From Halorutilales archaeon Cl-col2-1 (GTDB lineage: Archaea > Halobacteriota > Halobacteria > Halobacteriales > Afararchaeaceae), in NCBI GenBank assembly GCA_041891055.1, contig CP169074.1, positions 1,824,001 through 1,888,000 on the forward strand: DNA of 64,000 bases, written 5' to 3'. The notes below the pieces were generated by a model that ran no database searches, was not told the origin of the DNA, and worked only from the letters and a program-made list of their open reading frames with translations. This document shows, piece after piece, positions 36,572 to 46,611 of this stretch. A program made the position numbers and the translations under genes. Each line of letters starts with the position of its first letter. Position 1 is the first letter of the stretch.

Positions 36572-37687
36572 ATGACAGGTAGAGAAGCCCGAAACAGGTA
36601 TGTAAAGCATTTTGGACCTCAGTGGTTCGCGTCGACTATGGGGATAGGTGCACTCGGTATCGCTCTCGGACTCGTGGCTAACTTCATCGGGTCGAGTAGT
36701 CTACTCACGGCTGCCCAATCAGTTACTCTCGTGACTCTCAGTCTCACGTTAGTCTTTCTCGTGCCGTGGTCTCTCAGGCTCCTGCGTTACCCCGACGAGA
36801 TCGAGAAAGACATGTCCCATCCCATACGTAGCCAGTTCTTTCCGACTATGCCCATAACACTCCTGGTCGTCGGGGTCGCTCTCCAGAGGACACTTGCCGG
36901 AACTGCCCCGGATAGCCTACTCAACCCGGTCTCGTTACTCCTCTTCGGTCTGGGAACGGCGGGAATACTCTACTTTGGACTCCGTCTCACGGCTATACTC
37001 TTCACTAACACCAACATAGAGACAAAACACGGCGTCTTCGCGTGGTACATACCTCCCGTCTCACATCTCCTGATTCCCGTCCTCGGCTTCGTACTCATAC
37101 AGAACGGAGTCTCCGAGAGCCTCGGGGTCAGCCAGTCGGTCTTAGACCGAACCCTCTTCGTCGTCTCGCTCGCGGCTATGGGGATAGGCTTTTTCACCTT
37201 CCTCTTTCTGACTCCCGTGATACTCCACAGGTACGCCTACGAGGATCTTCCCGATGTCAAACTCGCGCCGACCTTCCTCATAGGAATAGCTCCGACTTCG
37301 ATACTCGTAATCGACCTTGCTAACTTAATCCACGTCTTAGAGGCGACACGTATCTTCGGCTTCGATGTCGAGGCAATAGAACCACTCCTCAGCATAGCCA
37401 TAGTCCTGATGTGGGGATTCTCGGCGTGGTGGCTCCTTCTGACAGTCGGAATGGTTCTCCATTATGTCCGGAAGGAGTCCCACGGATTCGAGTTCACGTG
37501 GTGGGCATACACCTTCCCACTCGGAGCCTTCACAATCTCGACCGGAGTCACTGCTAAGACACTCGGCTCGACGACGCTCTACTACGTCATGACGGGACTC
37601 ACGGGACTCCTCGTCTTAGTCGTCGTAGTAGTCGCGGCGTTCACGACACGTCTCGTAAAGAGAGGCGAAGCCTTCGTCCCCGAGTAG
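36572..37687 (+). CDS. TDT (tellurite resistance/dicarboxylate transporter) family
   Basis: PQWFASTMG, HP.RSQFFPT, WWAYTFPLGA. Confidence 0.9.
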   Translation: MTGREARNRYVKHFGPQWFASTMGIGALGIALGLVANFIGSSSLLTAAQSVTLVTLSLTLVFLVPWSLRLLRYPDEIEKDMSHPIRSQFFPTMPITLLVVGVALQRTLAGTAPDSLLNPVSLLLFGLGTAGILYFGLRLTAILFTNTNIETKHGVFAWYIPPVSHLLIPVLGFVLIQNGVSESLGVSQSVLDRTLFVVSLAAMGIGFFTFLFLTPVILHRYAYEDLPDVKLAPTFLIGIAPTSILVIDLANLIHVLEATRIFGFDVEAIEPLLSIAIVLMWGFSAWWLLLTVGMVLHYVRKESHGFEFTWWAYTFPLGAFTISTGVTAKTLGSTTLYYVMTGLTGLLVLVVVVVAAFTTRLVKRGEAFVPE

Positions 37688-37691
37688 AGCC

Positions 37692-38591
37692 CTATTTCCT
37701 CTTGAGTACCTGAACACCCTCGCCGACACGTGCCTGGTACGCGCGTGACTCGACACCCTCCTCCCAGAACCCCTCGACGAAAGCCTCCGCTACATCTGAC
37801 TTGACGTCCTTGTCACAGACCCCGAGAAGCGACGGTCCTGCCCCGCTTATACTGACCGCCTCCGCGCCCGCCTTCATCGCTTTCTGGCTCGCGGCATCGT
37901 ATCCGTCTATCAGGGGAGACCTAGCGTCTTCGACCACGGGGTCACACATCCCGCTCGCTATAAGCCCTATGTCATCCTCTAAGACGCCTGCGACTACCTT
38001 CGACGCGTTCGCTACAGTCTTAGACCTCTCTCTGAGAGACACAGAAGACGGAAGCGCGTCGCGCGCGTCCCTCGTACTCACGACGACCTCGGGGACTGCT
38101 ACGACACAGTGGAAGCCCGTCTCGAACGACTGAGTTCCGTTGTCGGGATCTGAGACCGAGAAGCCGCCCTTTATACACGGAGCGACGTTGTCCTTGTGCG
38201 CCTCGCCGCTTACGACCTTCTCGCCCTGTGCCGCCGCTTCGATGAGCTCGTCGTCGGAGAGGTCGAGACCGTAGAGGTCGTCGAGTGCGACCGCTACCCC
38301 CGCCGCCGACGCCGCGCTCGACCCGAGACCGCTGCTCGGACGTACCCCCTTGTCGATCTCTATACGTGCCGAGACCCCAAGCTGTCTTGCGACCTCACCC
38401 GCTGTGTTCTTCTTGGGGTCCTCGGGTATGAAGCTCGACCCCGCGCCTCTGACTTCTATGCTCGTCTCGTCCGCCTTCTCGACCCGGAGTATGTCGGCGG
38501 GCTTGTCGAGTGCGATACCGAAGACATCGAAGCCGCTTCCCAGATTCGCCGAGGTAGCGGGAGCACGGACTTCTACCATAGACCTAGACAT
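37692..38591 (-). CDS. thrB: homoserine kinase
   Basis: APATSANLGSGFD, PSSGLGSSAAS, HKDNVAP, ISGAGPS. Confidence 0.95.
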   Translation of the reverse strand: MSRSMVEVRAPATSANLGSGFDVFGIALDKPADILRVEKADETSIEVRGAGSSFIPEDPKKNTAGEVARQLGVSARIEIDKGVRPSSGLGSSAASAAGVAVALDDLYGLDLSDDELIEAAAQGEKVVSGEAHKDNVAPCIKGGFSVSDPDNGTQSFETGFHCVVAVPEVVVSTRDARDALPSSVSLRERSKTVANASKVVAGVLEDDIGLIASGMCDPVVEDARSPLIDGYDAASQKAMKAGAEAVSISGAGPSLLGVCDKDVKSDVAEAFVEGFWEEGVESRAYQARVGEGVQVLKRK

Positions 38592-38651
38592 GGTCTTGGG
38601 TTAGAGGGGACAACGAAAACCGTTTTCGAGTTAGAGCCACAAGACGCGTAT

Positions 38652-38810
38652 ATGCCAGCAACCCTAGAGGTGAGATGTGAGAACGACGACTGCGAACTCG
38701 ACATGTTCGAGCTCCATTATACCTACGGCATGCCCGACGAGACCGGGGTCGACGACTTCACGTGTCCCTACTGTCTCGAAAAGGAGGATCTCACACAGAT
38801 AGAGGTGTAG
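38652..38810 (+). CDS. small CPxC zinc-finger protein (52 aa)
   Basis: MPATLEVRCENDDCELDMFE...CPYC. Confidence 0.8.
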   Translation: MPATLEVRCENDDCELDMFELHYTYGMPDETGVDDFTCPYCLEKEDLTQIEV

Positions 38811-38815
38811 CTACA

Positions 38816-39322
38816 CTACAGCAGAGTCTCCTCTACACCGTCGTAGTCGGGGAATTCGGGCCACTCCGACGCGACCCAGGTGTGCTCGACCCTCATCTCG
38901 TCGTCTAAGACGAAGACGGCTGGACGTGGCTCTTCTATACCCTCCATGCCGTCTAGGTCGTGTACGACGCCGTACTCCTCTGCGATCTCGTTCGAAGGGT
39001 CGGAGAAGAGACGCGCGTCTAGGTCGTTGTCGTCTATGAACTTTATGTGCTCGTACGGCGTTGAGATCGAGACACCGACGACCTCGGCTTCGTCTGCCCA
39101 GCCTCTCTCTTGGATCTCGTTCCAGATGTATATAGCGGGGAACGAGCCGTCCATCGGATGGAAGACAACCACGACGCCGTCGTCAGACTCCTCGACGACC
39201 TCCGACAACGAGGCATCCTCCCAGTACTCGTCGTTGACGAGAGGACGCGTGAAGTCGGGAGCAGTCTCCCCTTCTTCTATGTTGTCGGTCTCGGGGAGTT
39301 CGACCACGTCGAAGTCAAGCAT
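38816..39322 (-). CDS. peroxiredoxin-like (redoxin) protein lacking Cys
   Basis: GETAPDFT, LFSDP, RPAVFVLD. Confidence 0.85.
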   Translation of the reverse strand: MLDFDVVELPETDNIEEGETAPDFTRPLVNDEYWEDASLSEVVEESDDGVVVVFHPMDGSFPAIYIWNEIQERGWADEAEVVGVSISTPYEHIKFIDDNDLDARLFSDPSNEIAEEYGVVHDLDGMEGIEEPRPAVFVLDDEMRVEHTWVASEWPEFPDYDGVEETLL

Positions 39323-39587
39323 TTGTCTCACCTCCGTACCTGTCGTCGAGGTACTGTACTATGTTGTCGCTCTCGGCTATCACGACTCCCGAATCCGCCT
39401 CGACGAGCACGGGGACGAGACGCGTGTTGGCAACTCTCTTAACGACGTTTCTGTAGCTGTGCATCGGTCTCACGAAACGTGAGTCGTAGTCGACGCCGTA
39501 CTCGTTGAGCTTCCTCACGACGCGTTCACAGAAAGGACACGCCTGAAGACGGTAGAGGACGACGTCTGAGTTAGTCGGTACAGACAT
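39315..39587 (-). CDS. glutaredoxin-like protein
   Basis: CPFC, VPVL, ESDNIVQYL. Confidence 0.88.
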   Translation of the reverse strand: MSVPTNSDVVLYRLQACPFCERVVRKLNEYGVDYDSRFVRPMHSYRNVVKRVANTRLVPVLVEADSGVVIAESDNIVQYLDDRYGGETNA

Positions 39588-39593
39588 CTGTTA

Positions 39594-40262
39594 TCAGTCG
39601 TTCAGCTTCCATTTCACGTCCTCGCCATTTCTCTCTTTCGTCACGATACCCCTCTCCTCCAGGCTACGCAGACTCTCGCGGACGACGTCGGGTCTCAGAC
39701 CCATCTCCCTCGACAGCCTCTCGGCGTCGGACGCTCCCGAGTCGACGAGTTCGTCGATGATCTCTATCTGGAGCTTGTTCTCTCCGGTTCCCTCTACCTT
39801 GTCCTCTATCTCCGACATTACCTCGGTTATCTTCGACTGTATGTACCTCTGTGCGAGCGAGAGCTCGTTCTCTATCTTCTCAAGACGTTCGAGCCTGTTG
39901 ACGAGGTCGACGATGTCGCTCGTCTTCTCGCTCTCGTACGAGTAGTTTATCTTTATGTGCTCGTAGTTAGCCTTGAAGTTGGGGTTCGGGTACGCGCTCT
40001 TGACACCGAACGAGTAGGGAGATATGCTGACTTCGAGACGCAGGTTACGTGCTATGTAGAAGTACTTGCGCCTCCTGTCGTCGACCTCGCTCTCTACGAT
40101 CCCGGCGTCCTCAAGTATACTCAGGTGATCGATGACCGCCTTCGGAGACACCCCGAGGTAGTCGCTTATCTCCGTGACATAGCACGGCTTGTAAGCCAGG
40201 AGATCTATTATACGTCTCCTGTTTTCGTTCCCGAGTATCTTGAATAGCTGTGATGACTCCAT
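39594..40262 (-). CDS. ArsR family regulator
   Basis: LGNENRRRI..LL..PCYVTEIS..SPKAVIDHL. Confidence 0.9.
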   Translation of the reverse strand: MESSQLFKILGNENRRRIIDLLAYKPCYVTEISDYLGVSPKAVIDHLSILEDAGIVESEVDDRRRKYFYIARNLRLEVSISPYSFGVKSAYPNPNFKANYEHIKINYSYESEKTSDIVDLVNRLERLEKIENELSLAQRYIQSKITEVMSEIEDKVEGTGENKLQIEIIDELVDSGASDAERLSREMGLRPDVVRESLRSLEERGIVTKERNGEDVKWKLND

Positions 40263-40351
40263 GCCCGACCCTCGTTTAGGGTGAGTAAACTCTCACACAA
40301 TATAAGCCTTCTCCCACGCACCTCGCTGGAAGACAGTCCCGTGTACTGTAT

Positions 40352-40735
40352 CTAACTGTCGATATCGGGCGACTCGTCCTCGACCGACCTCTTCATAGAG
40401 TCACGTCTCGCCTTCGCGTCACGTCCGGTGACTTCTTCGAGGAACTCGTTCTTCTTCTCCATAGCCTCCGAGGCGAGGTCGAGACGTCCCTCCTCCTGGA
40501 GCGTCTGAACGTCCTTCTCCTTGAAGTCGACTGCGAGCTCGTCCTTCTTGCTAGAGTGCTCGATAACGCCGACACCGACGTGGTCGAAGACTAAGACGTC
40601 GTCGACTATGTACATCTCGACGCCGTCTATCTCGTCGCGTCTGTCGACCTCACCGAAGTACTCCTCGACCTTCGCCTTCATGTCGGGGACTCTCTCCTTG
40701 AGGTACTCTCCCCTCCTCATCTTGTAAGTTCTCAT
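40352..40735 (-). CDS. DUF5611-like protein
   Basis: MRTYKMRRG...KNEFL..TGRDAKARR. Confidence 0.8.
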   Translation of the reverse strand: MRTYKMRRGEYLKERVPDMKAKVEEYFGEVDRRDEIDGVEMYIVDDVLVFDHVGVGVIEHSSKKDELAVDFKEKDVQTLQEEGRLDLASEAMEKKNEFLEEVTGRDAKARRDSMKRSVEDESPDIDS

Positions 40736-40772
40736 GACACCAACTAAGCCGATAGGTAACAAATGCGTTTTG

Positions 40773-41291
40773 TTAGGATCTCTCGGTCTCCTCGAGGTAC
40801 GACTTGCCACAGTCGGGACAGATGTCGCCCTCACGGAGCGAGTTCTCGTGTACCGGCGACTCGAAGCCACACGAACAGACATAGACCGTCGTAGGTTTGG
40901 TTCCGGGTGTCGCGGTTCCGTCGGTACTGCTTGAGAGGTCGCGGTCTTTGCTGTCATCGGACTCTAGGACTACGGCATCATCGTCGTCCTCGTTGACCCC
41001 GCTCACCATTCCTACTCCTTCGGTTCCAGTGGTGTATGTGTCGTCGGTACCCTCCTTGTCTTCTTCGTCGGCTTCCTGCGTGGCAGTTTCGACCTCGTCG
41101 TCTGACGTCTCAGAGCCGTCGTCCTTAGCCCTGACTTCTGTGTTCTGACTCACGACACGTTCCTCGCCACATACCTCACAGACCTCGTACTCCACAGTCG
41201 AGACGGCGACTTCGTCGTCGCCCTCCTCACGTTCGGTTCGTGTCCGGGGCTCACCCCATCTGTGTCCGGTTACTGTACATCTGAGACCCAT
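40773..41291 (-). CDS. conserved haloarchaeal zinc-ribbon protein
   Basis: MGLRC..GH, CEVC, SLREGDICPDC. Confidence 0.8.
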   Translation of the reverse strand: MGLRCTVTGHRWGEPRTRTEREEGDDEVAVSTVEYEVCEVCGEERVVSQNTEVRAKDDGSETSDDEVETATQEADEEDKEGTDDTYTTGTEGVGMVSGVNEDDDDAVVLESDDSKDRDLSSSTDGTATPGTKPTTVYVCSCGFESPVHENSLREGDICPDCGKSYLEETERS

Positions 41292-41305
41292 TACGGATAC
41301 CGACG

Positions 41306-42901
41306 TCACCTTGACCTAAAAACCTGGGGTAATACGGAGTCCTCGGGGTCGATGTTCCGTGTCACGAAGAACGACCCGACGAAGACGACTCCCGCTCCAG
41401 CGAGGACGAGAGGCAGAGAAGCCGCGCCGATACTCACTCCGTAGACTCCCACGACGACCTCATACACCGCAACGAAGACCACGGTCGAGACTGCCATCGG
41501 CTCTAAGAGTGGTCTCTTGAACGAGTGGGCGTCTGTGAGGTAGTAGAGGACGACAACGCGTGCGACATTACGGATAACGAGTGCGGCGGCGGTCGCGACT
41601 GCCGCCCCCGTGAGACCGTAGACAGGTATTAGGTAGACGTTGAGTCCGAGGTTGACGAAGAACGCGCCCAGGTTCGCCCACATCACGACACGAGTCCTGC
41701 CTATCGCGGTGAGTGTCGCGCCGTTGGGTCCCATAACGTTTCCGAGGAAGAAAGCGACCGAGAGTATCTGTAACGCCGTCGCGGCGCGCGTGTACTCCGC
41801 GCCGAAGACTCCTCCGAGGACGGCCTCGGGAAAGAGGACGAAGACGACTATCAGGGGATACGTCGCCGACGCGAACCACTTCGTGAGGACGAAGTAGACA
41901 CGTCTCATCGCGTCGTTCCTTCCTTCAGCGTGGAACTCCGAGACTAAGGGGGTGTACATGAAGATCATAGACCCCCAGACAACGGGGACTACACGGACGA
42001 GAGGACGGACTGCGTCGTACATACCTACTTCCTCCGACGTCGTGAAGTATCCTATCATGAGTATGTCCATCCACGTCATCACCTCCATGAGTATAGCCGA
42101 AAACATCAGAGGAACTGAGAAGTAGACGAGTTCCCTCGGGGTCCCGAAGTCACGGAGCCTCTCGGAGACACGGTCGTGGAAACTTCCGGGGTTGAACCTG
42201 ACTGTGTAGACGAGGTAGACCGCCGCGGTCACACCGAGTGATACCGGGTACGCGCCCACCCCCGCGACGTACGACAGTCCTAAGGCAGACACACCGCCCA
42301 CGAGAAGCGGGAAGCCCGCGTTCCGGAGTATCTCATGGAAGACGACGCGCTCCCTCGTGCGTGAGAATCCCCGGAAGACCGCAGTTGAGACACGTATCAG
42401 TGCGAAGAAAGGGACGCCGAGACAGACGACACCCACTGCGAGGGAGTGATCCGAGGAGCCGACGAGTGTCTCGGCGAGGAATCCCGACGACGCGAAGAGT
42501 ATGACCCCGACGAGGCTTCCCGAGACTGACGTAAGTAGAAGTGCCCAGAGTATCACGGTTCCGACGTCGCCCCCTTCTGCGTCGGAGTCCGAGCCGTAGT
42601 AGGCTATCTGTCTCGTGACACCGTTCCGGAAGCCGAGTGACGAGACGACCCCGAATATTGAGACAAGCGTGAAGCCGACGGAGAAGACGCCGTACTCCGA
42701 CGGTGTGAAGCTACGTGTGAAGACTCCTCTTCCTCCTATACGCAGACCTATTCCGACGAGCGTAGCTACGACGACAGCAGTCGCTCCTCTCAGAACACGT
42801 CTGAGTGAGTCCTCGACGTCGGTATCGACATCACCGTCCCCGTCCGTCTCCGAGTCGCCACCGTGTTCGTGGTCGCGACTCCTCGTCGTGTCTTCCGACA
42901 A
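41306..42901 (-). CDS. polysaccharide flippase (MOP/Wzx)
   Basis: About 14 TM segments, EYGVF, DILMIGYF..VGMY, YGLTGAAVAT. Confidence 0.9.
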   Translation of the reverse strand: MSEDTTRSRDHEHGGDSETDGDGDVDTDVEDSLRRVLRGATAVVVATLVGIGLRIGGRGVFTRSFTPSEYGVFSVGFTLVSIFGVVSSLGFRNGVTRQIAYYGSDSDAEGGDVGTVILWALLLTSVSGSLVGVILFASSGFLAETLVGSSDHSLAVGVVCLGVPFFALIRVSTAVFRGFSRTRERVVFHEILRNAGFPLLVGGVSALGLSYVAGVGAYPVSLGVTAAVYLVYTVRFNPGSFHDRVSERLRDFGTPRELVYFSVPLMFSAILMEVMTWMDILMIGYFTTSEEVGMYDAVRPLVRVVPVVWGSMIFMYTPLVSEFHAEGRNDAMRRVYFVLTKWFASATYPLIVVFVLFPEAVLGGVFGAEYTRAATALQILSVAFFLGNVMGPNGATLTAIGRTRVVMWANLGAFFVNLGLNVYLIPVYGLTGAAVATAAALVIRNVARVVVLYYLTDAHSFKRPLLEPMAVSTVVFVAVYEVVVGVYGVSIGAASLPLVLAGAGVVFVGSFFVTRNIDPEDSVLPQVFRSR

Positions 42902-42933
42902 GATTACTCAGGATAGACGGCTGTGAGCTGTCT

Positions 42934-43134
42934 TTACTTCCGCGTGAGGTTTACCGCACGTGGACCTTTCTCTGCTTCCTCTATCTCGAACTCGACCTCC
43001 TCGCCCTCCTCTAGGTCGGGACCGCCGACGTCCTCCATGTGGAAGAAGACGTCCTCGCCTTCGTCAGTCGCGTCAGTCTCTATGAAACCGTAACCGCCAG
43101 TGTCGTTGAAGAAGTTAACCGTACCTTCTACCAT
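42934..43134 (-). CDS. cspA: cold-shock protein
   Basis: GTVNFFNDTGGYGFI, DVFFH, KGPRA. Confidence 0.95.
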   Translation of the reverse strand: MVEGTVNFFNDTGGYGFIETDATDEGEDVFFHMEDVGGPDLEEGEEVEFEIEEAEKGPRAVNLTRK

Positions 43135-43200
43135 TGCATCTCGTATGTGGAGACAGGGGGATATAAGTCTTCCGTGGGTCGAAGTATCATGCGGGTGGCG

Positions 43201-44727
43201 TCACACGAAGCCGTCGACTCTCCTGCCCTCGCGCGAGAGACGTATGTACTCCGACTGCATCCTCCGTATCGCCTCGTCTAGGCTGAGACCGTCTTCGAGA
43301 GCCTCACGCACAGTGTCCTTCTTCCAGACACTCGGTGTCATTTTCTTCTCCCATCTGCGTCTCAGTGGCATGAGGTACTCCTCGACGGTCTCCTCCTCAA
43401 CACCTTCCGAGACGAGTCCCCTCTCGGCGTACTCGAAGACCTCGTCGTAGATGACTTCCTTGTCGCGGGTCTCGTTGCCGTCCTCGTCTATCCATCCTAT
43501 GTTGGCGTCGAGACCTTCTTCGACGACCGAGTAGAAGTCGTCCCTCGTCTTCTCCCAGTCCAGACGTGAGACGGGATGGTCTCCCCGTACGAGACCTATT
43601 ATCAGACCCGATACGACTGCCTGTACTCCCACGATCTCCTCGACGGTCGGCTGTGTGGGAACGGGACGGTACTCTATACGTACCGACTTCTCGTCGTTGT
43701 TCTCGTCGACGTAGTCTCCTCCTATCACGGCACGGAGCCATCTCCAGTAGGTTCCACGTCTGTAATCGAACTCCCAGAACGAGTCGGTGTACTCCTCGTC
43801 GGAGCCATCGCCGTCCTCGAACCACTCCTTCAGAACGGGAGCGTAGAGACAGTCTTCTGTGACCCTGTCGACGACGTCGTCTGGTGTGTCTATGTCACGC
43901 GGAACCCTGACCTTCTTGTCGCCGTACTCGTCTCCGGGATTAACCGACTGCTCGAATATAGGAATCCTAAGCTCGTGAGGCGTCTCGTCGACGAATGACT
44001 CGGGGTCGTCGACGTCGTTGTAGAGGTCGGGCGGTAGGAAGGGTGAGTTAGTGGTGAGCGCGAGCACGGCGGGCATCGTCCGTATCGCAGTGTTGTAGTA
44101 CGGCGCGAGTTCGTCGACATCGGGTATCTGGAGATGGGGCTGTAACGACGTCGCGAGCGACTCGTAGAGTATAGTCTCGAAGTCGTGGCTAGCCCCAGGG
44201 ACGTCGAGTGACGCCTTCCCCGACTTAGCGAGGTAGTAGTTGTCTATGGCGTGGTAACGAGGGTCGACGCGCATGTTTCTTGCGTAGACATAGCTCCCTC
44301 TCTCGTCTACATCGTCGAGGTACTTCTTACTGCCTTCGTCTGGCGGAAGAGTCCAGACCGAATCGAGCACCAGGTCGGTGTCGGAAGCCGTACGTGCCTC
44401 CTCTAAGACGTGTCTCACCTCGTCCTCCTGTCTCCTCAGACCCTCGTCGCTCAGGACGACGGGTGACGAGTTGATCTCGGCGTTGTGGAGTCCCAACTCC
44501 TTAGAGACCGACTCGACCTCGAAGACTTCCTCGGGGACTCTCACGAGACTTCCGTCGTCCTCGACGCCGTAGACCTCGATTTCGAGACCCACGGTGAAGT
44601 CGGAGCTGTCGAGACTTCCGGTCTGGATCTCGTCCTTGAGGAACTCTGCCTGAGACCCGACACGTCTCTCGAACTTCGAGACAGTTGAATCATCGAATGC
44701 CCTTCTTATGATCTCGTCGTCTTCCAT
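43201..44727 (-). CDS. glutamate-cysteine ligase (GCS2)-like protein
   Basis: VGLEIE, ELGLHNAE, QPHLQ, NSPFL, RIEYRP. Confidence 0.82.
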   Translation of the reverse strand: MEDDEIIRRAFDDSTVSKFERRVGSQAEFLKDEIQTGSLDSSDFTVGLEIEVYGVEDDGSLVRVPEEVFEVESVSKELGLHNAEINSSPVVLSDEGLRRQEDEVRHVLEEARTASDTDLVLDSVWTLPPDEGSKKYLDDVDERGSYVYARNMRVDPRYHAIDNYYLAKSGKASLDVPGASHDFETILYESLATSLQPHLQIPDVDELAPYYNTAIRTMPAVLALTTNSPFLPPDLYNDVDDPESFVDETPHELRIPIFEQSVNPGDEYGDKKVRVPRDIDTPDDVVDRVTEDCLYAPVLKEWFEDGDGSDEEYTDSFWEFDYRRGTYWRWLRAVIGGDYVDENNDEKSVRIEYRPVPTQPTVEEIVGVQAVVSGLIIGLVRGDHPVSRLDWEKTRDDFYSVVEEGLDANIGWIDEDGNETRDKEVIYDEVFEYAERGLVSEGVEEETVEEYLMPLRRRWEKKMTPSVWKKDTVREALEDGLSLDEAIRRMQSEYIRLSREGRRVDGFV

Positions 44728-44808
44728 TAAAACTGAGTTGGCTCACGCCGACTTTAGGGTTACGTGTGAGACGGAAAGACTTTCGTCAAGCGCGCGTCTA
44801 CCTCGACT

Positions 44809-45732
44809 ATGGCTCAGATCGAAGGAAAGAAGGTACTCGTCACGGGTGGAGCCGGATTCATAGGCAGCAACCTGGCTAACCATCTCTCCGAGTCGAACCA
44901 AGTCGTGGCTCTCGATGATCTCTATCTCGGAACTCCCGAGAACCTCGATGACGGTGTCGAGTTCGTCGATAAGTCGGCGGTCGACTCCGACATCCCCGTC
45001 GAAAACGTCGATGTAGTCTTCCATCTCGCAGCACTCTCTTCTCTCAATATGCACGAGGAAGAGCCGATGAAGGGAGCGAGAGTCAACGTCGAGGGATTCG
45101 TCAACGTCGTAGAACAGGCTAGGAAGGCGGGTGTCGACGACGTCGTCTACGCGAGCACGAGTAGCATATACGGATCACGTACCGATCCGTCGAGCGAGGA
45201 CGAGAGGGTTGAGGCGAGAACCAACTACGAGGCGTCTAAGTTAGCGCGTGAACGTTACGCCGAGTCTTACTCGAACCGTTACGGGATGTCGCTCGCTGGA
45301 ATGCGTTTCTTCTCGGTCTACCAGGGATACGGCGGCGCGGAGTCACACAAGGACGAGTACGCCAACGTCATCGCACAGTTCGCCGACGACATAGCCCACG
45401 ATGAGTCTCCGGTTCTTTACGGCGACGGGACACAGACACGTGACTTCACACACGTCAACGACGTCGTGAGAGCGTGTCAACTCGCCGTCGGAGCCGACGA
45501 TATCTACAACGTCGGCACGGGCGAAGCCTACTCGTTCAACACGGTCGTCGATATGATAAACCAAGAGCTCGGGAAGGACGTTGATCCCGAGTACATAGAG
45601 AACCCGATTCCCGAGGACGTCTACGTCCACGACACGTGCGCTGACAACACTAAGATCAAGGAGGATCTCGGCTGGGAACCACGCATAGACTTCGACGAGG
45701 GGATCGAGAGGGTGTGTGAGGTATATAACTGA
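44809..45732 (+). CDS. NAD-dependent epimerase/dehydratase
   Basis: TGGAGFIG, YEASK, GDGTQTRDF. Confidence 0.93.
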   Translation: MAQIEGKKVLVTGGAGFIGSNLANHLSESNQVVALDDLYLGTPENLDDGVEFVDKSAVDSDIPVENVDVVFHLAALSSLNMHEEEPMKGARVNVEGFVNVVEQARKAGVDDVVYASTSSIYGSRTDPSSEDERVEARTNYEASKLARERYAESYSNRYGMSLAGMRFFSVYQGYGGAESHKDEYANVIAQFADDIAHDESPVLYGDGTQTRDFTHVNDVVRACQLAVGADDIYNVGTGEAYSFNTVVDMINQELGKDVDPEYIENPIPEDVYVHDTCADNTKIKEDLGWEPRIDFDEGIERVCEVYN

Positions 45733-45748
45733 AACTGAGGACAATCCA

Positions 45749-46201
45749 ATGACTCAGGAGTTCACTCACGACGTCGACCGCGACGAAGTACTCGGTTTCT
45801 GGGACGAGAAGTTCGGCGTCACGAAAGAAGTCTTCGAGGGATACGACCTCTACATGAAGGGAGAGTCGAAGGTCTGGATAACATCGGCGGAGACTCTCGA
45901 CGATCTCGAGTACGAGTCGGTCGGACTCCCGTTTCTGCGCGTCAACCAGGAACATCCGAAGCCCACTACCGACGCGTTACAGGTGTTCGGAGAGTACGCC
46001 ACTAAGAATACAGTCGATCTCGACGCCGACGACGCGAGACGGTTCGTCAAGGGCGAGACAGTCGAGAAGGAGTTCGACGTCGACAGCCTCGGCTACGTTG
46101 TCGTGAAATACGACGACGAGGTTCTCGGCTGTGGTCTCTACTTCCCCGGCGAACTCAGGAGCCAGATGCCGAAGGGAAGACGTGTGAGCCTGGCTATTTA
46201 G
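45749..46201 (+). CDS. NOP2/Fmu C-terminal-like PUA accessory protein
   Basis: KPTTDALQ.FG..ATKN...SQMPKGR. Confidence 0.7.
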   Translation: MTQEFTHDVDRDEVLGFWDEKFGVTKEVFEGYDLYMKGESKVWITSAETLDDLEYESVGLPFLRVNQEHPKPTTDALQVFGEYATKNTVDLDADDARRFVKGETVEKEFDVDSLGYVVVKYDDEVLGCGLYFPGELRSQMPKGRRVSLAI

Positions 46202-46575
46202 TCGATTGAGGCGACTGCCTCTATCTCGACGTCGAATCCCTTTGGAATATTACCCGCCTCGACTGCGCTTCTCGCTGGAGGCTCTTCGTCGAAGTAGCCC
46301 GAGTAGATGTCGTTCATCTCGCTAAAGTCGTCTATGTCGTCGAGGAACACCGTGACCTTGACGACGTCTTCGAGACTCGCTCCCGCTTCTTCGAGTACAG
46401 CCTGAATGTTGTCGAGGCACTGCCGAGTCTGTTCTCCGACGTCGCCGTCGACGGCTTCACCGTCGGGTGTCAGGGGTATCTGTCCTGCTGTGAAGACGAA
46501 TCCGTTCGCAACGGTCGCCTGTGAGTAGGCTCCTACTGCCTCAGGCGCGTCGTCGGTAGAGACTATATCCTTCAT
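46198..46575 (-). CDS. ridA: RidA enamine/imine deaminase
   Basis: GAYSQA, AGQIP, PARSAV, VEIEAVA. Confidence 0.93.
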   Translation of the reverse strand: MKDIVSTDDAPEAVGAYSQATVANGFVFTAGQIPLTPDGEAVDGDVGEQTRQCLDNIQAVLEEAGASLEDVVKVTVFLDDIDDFSEMNDIYSGYFDEEPPARSAVEAGNIPKGFDVEIEAVASID

Positions 46576-46611
46576 GTCCCAGAGTAGACGAGGAAAGACA
46601 AGAATCTGTCG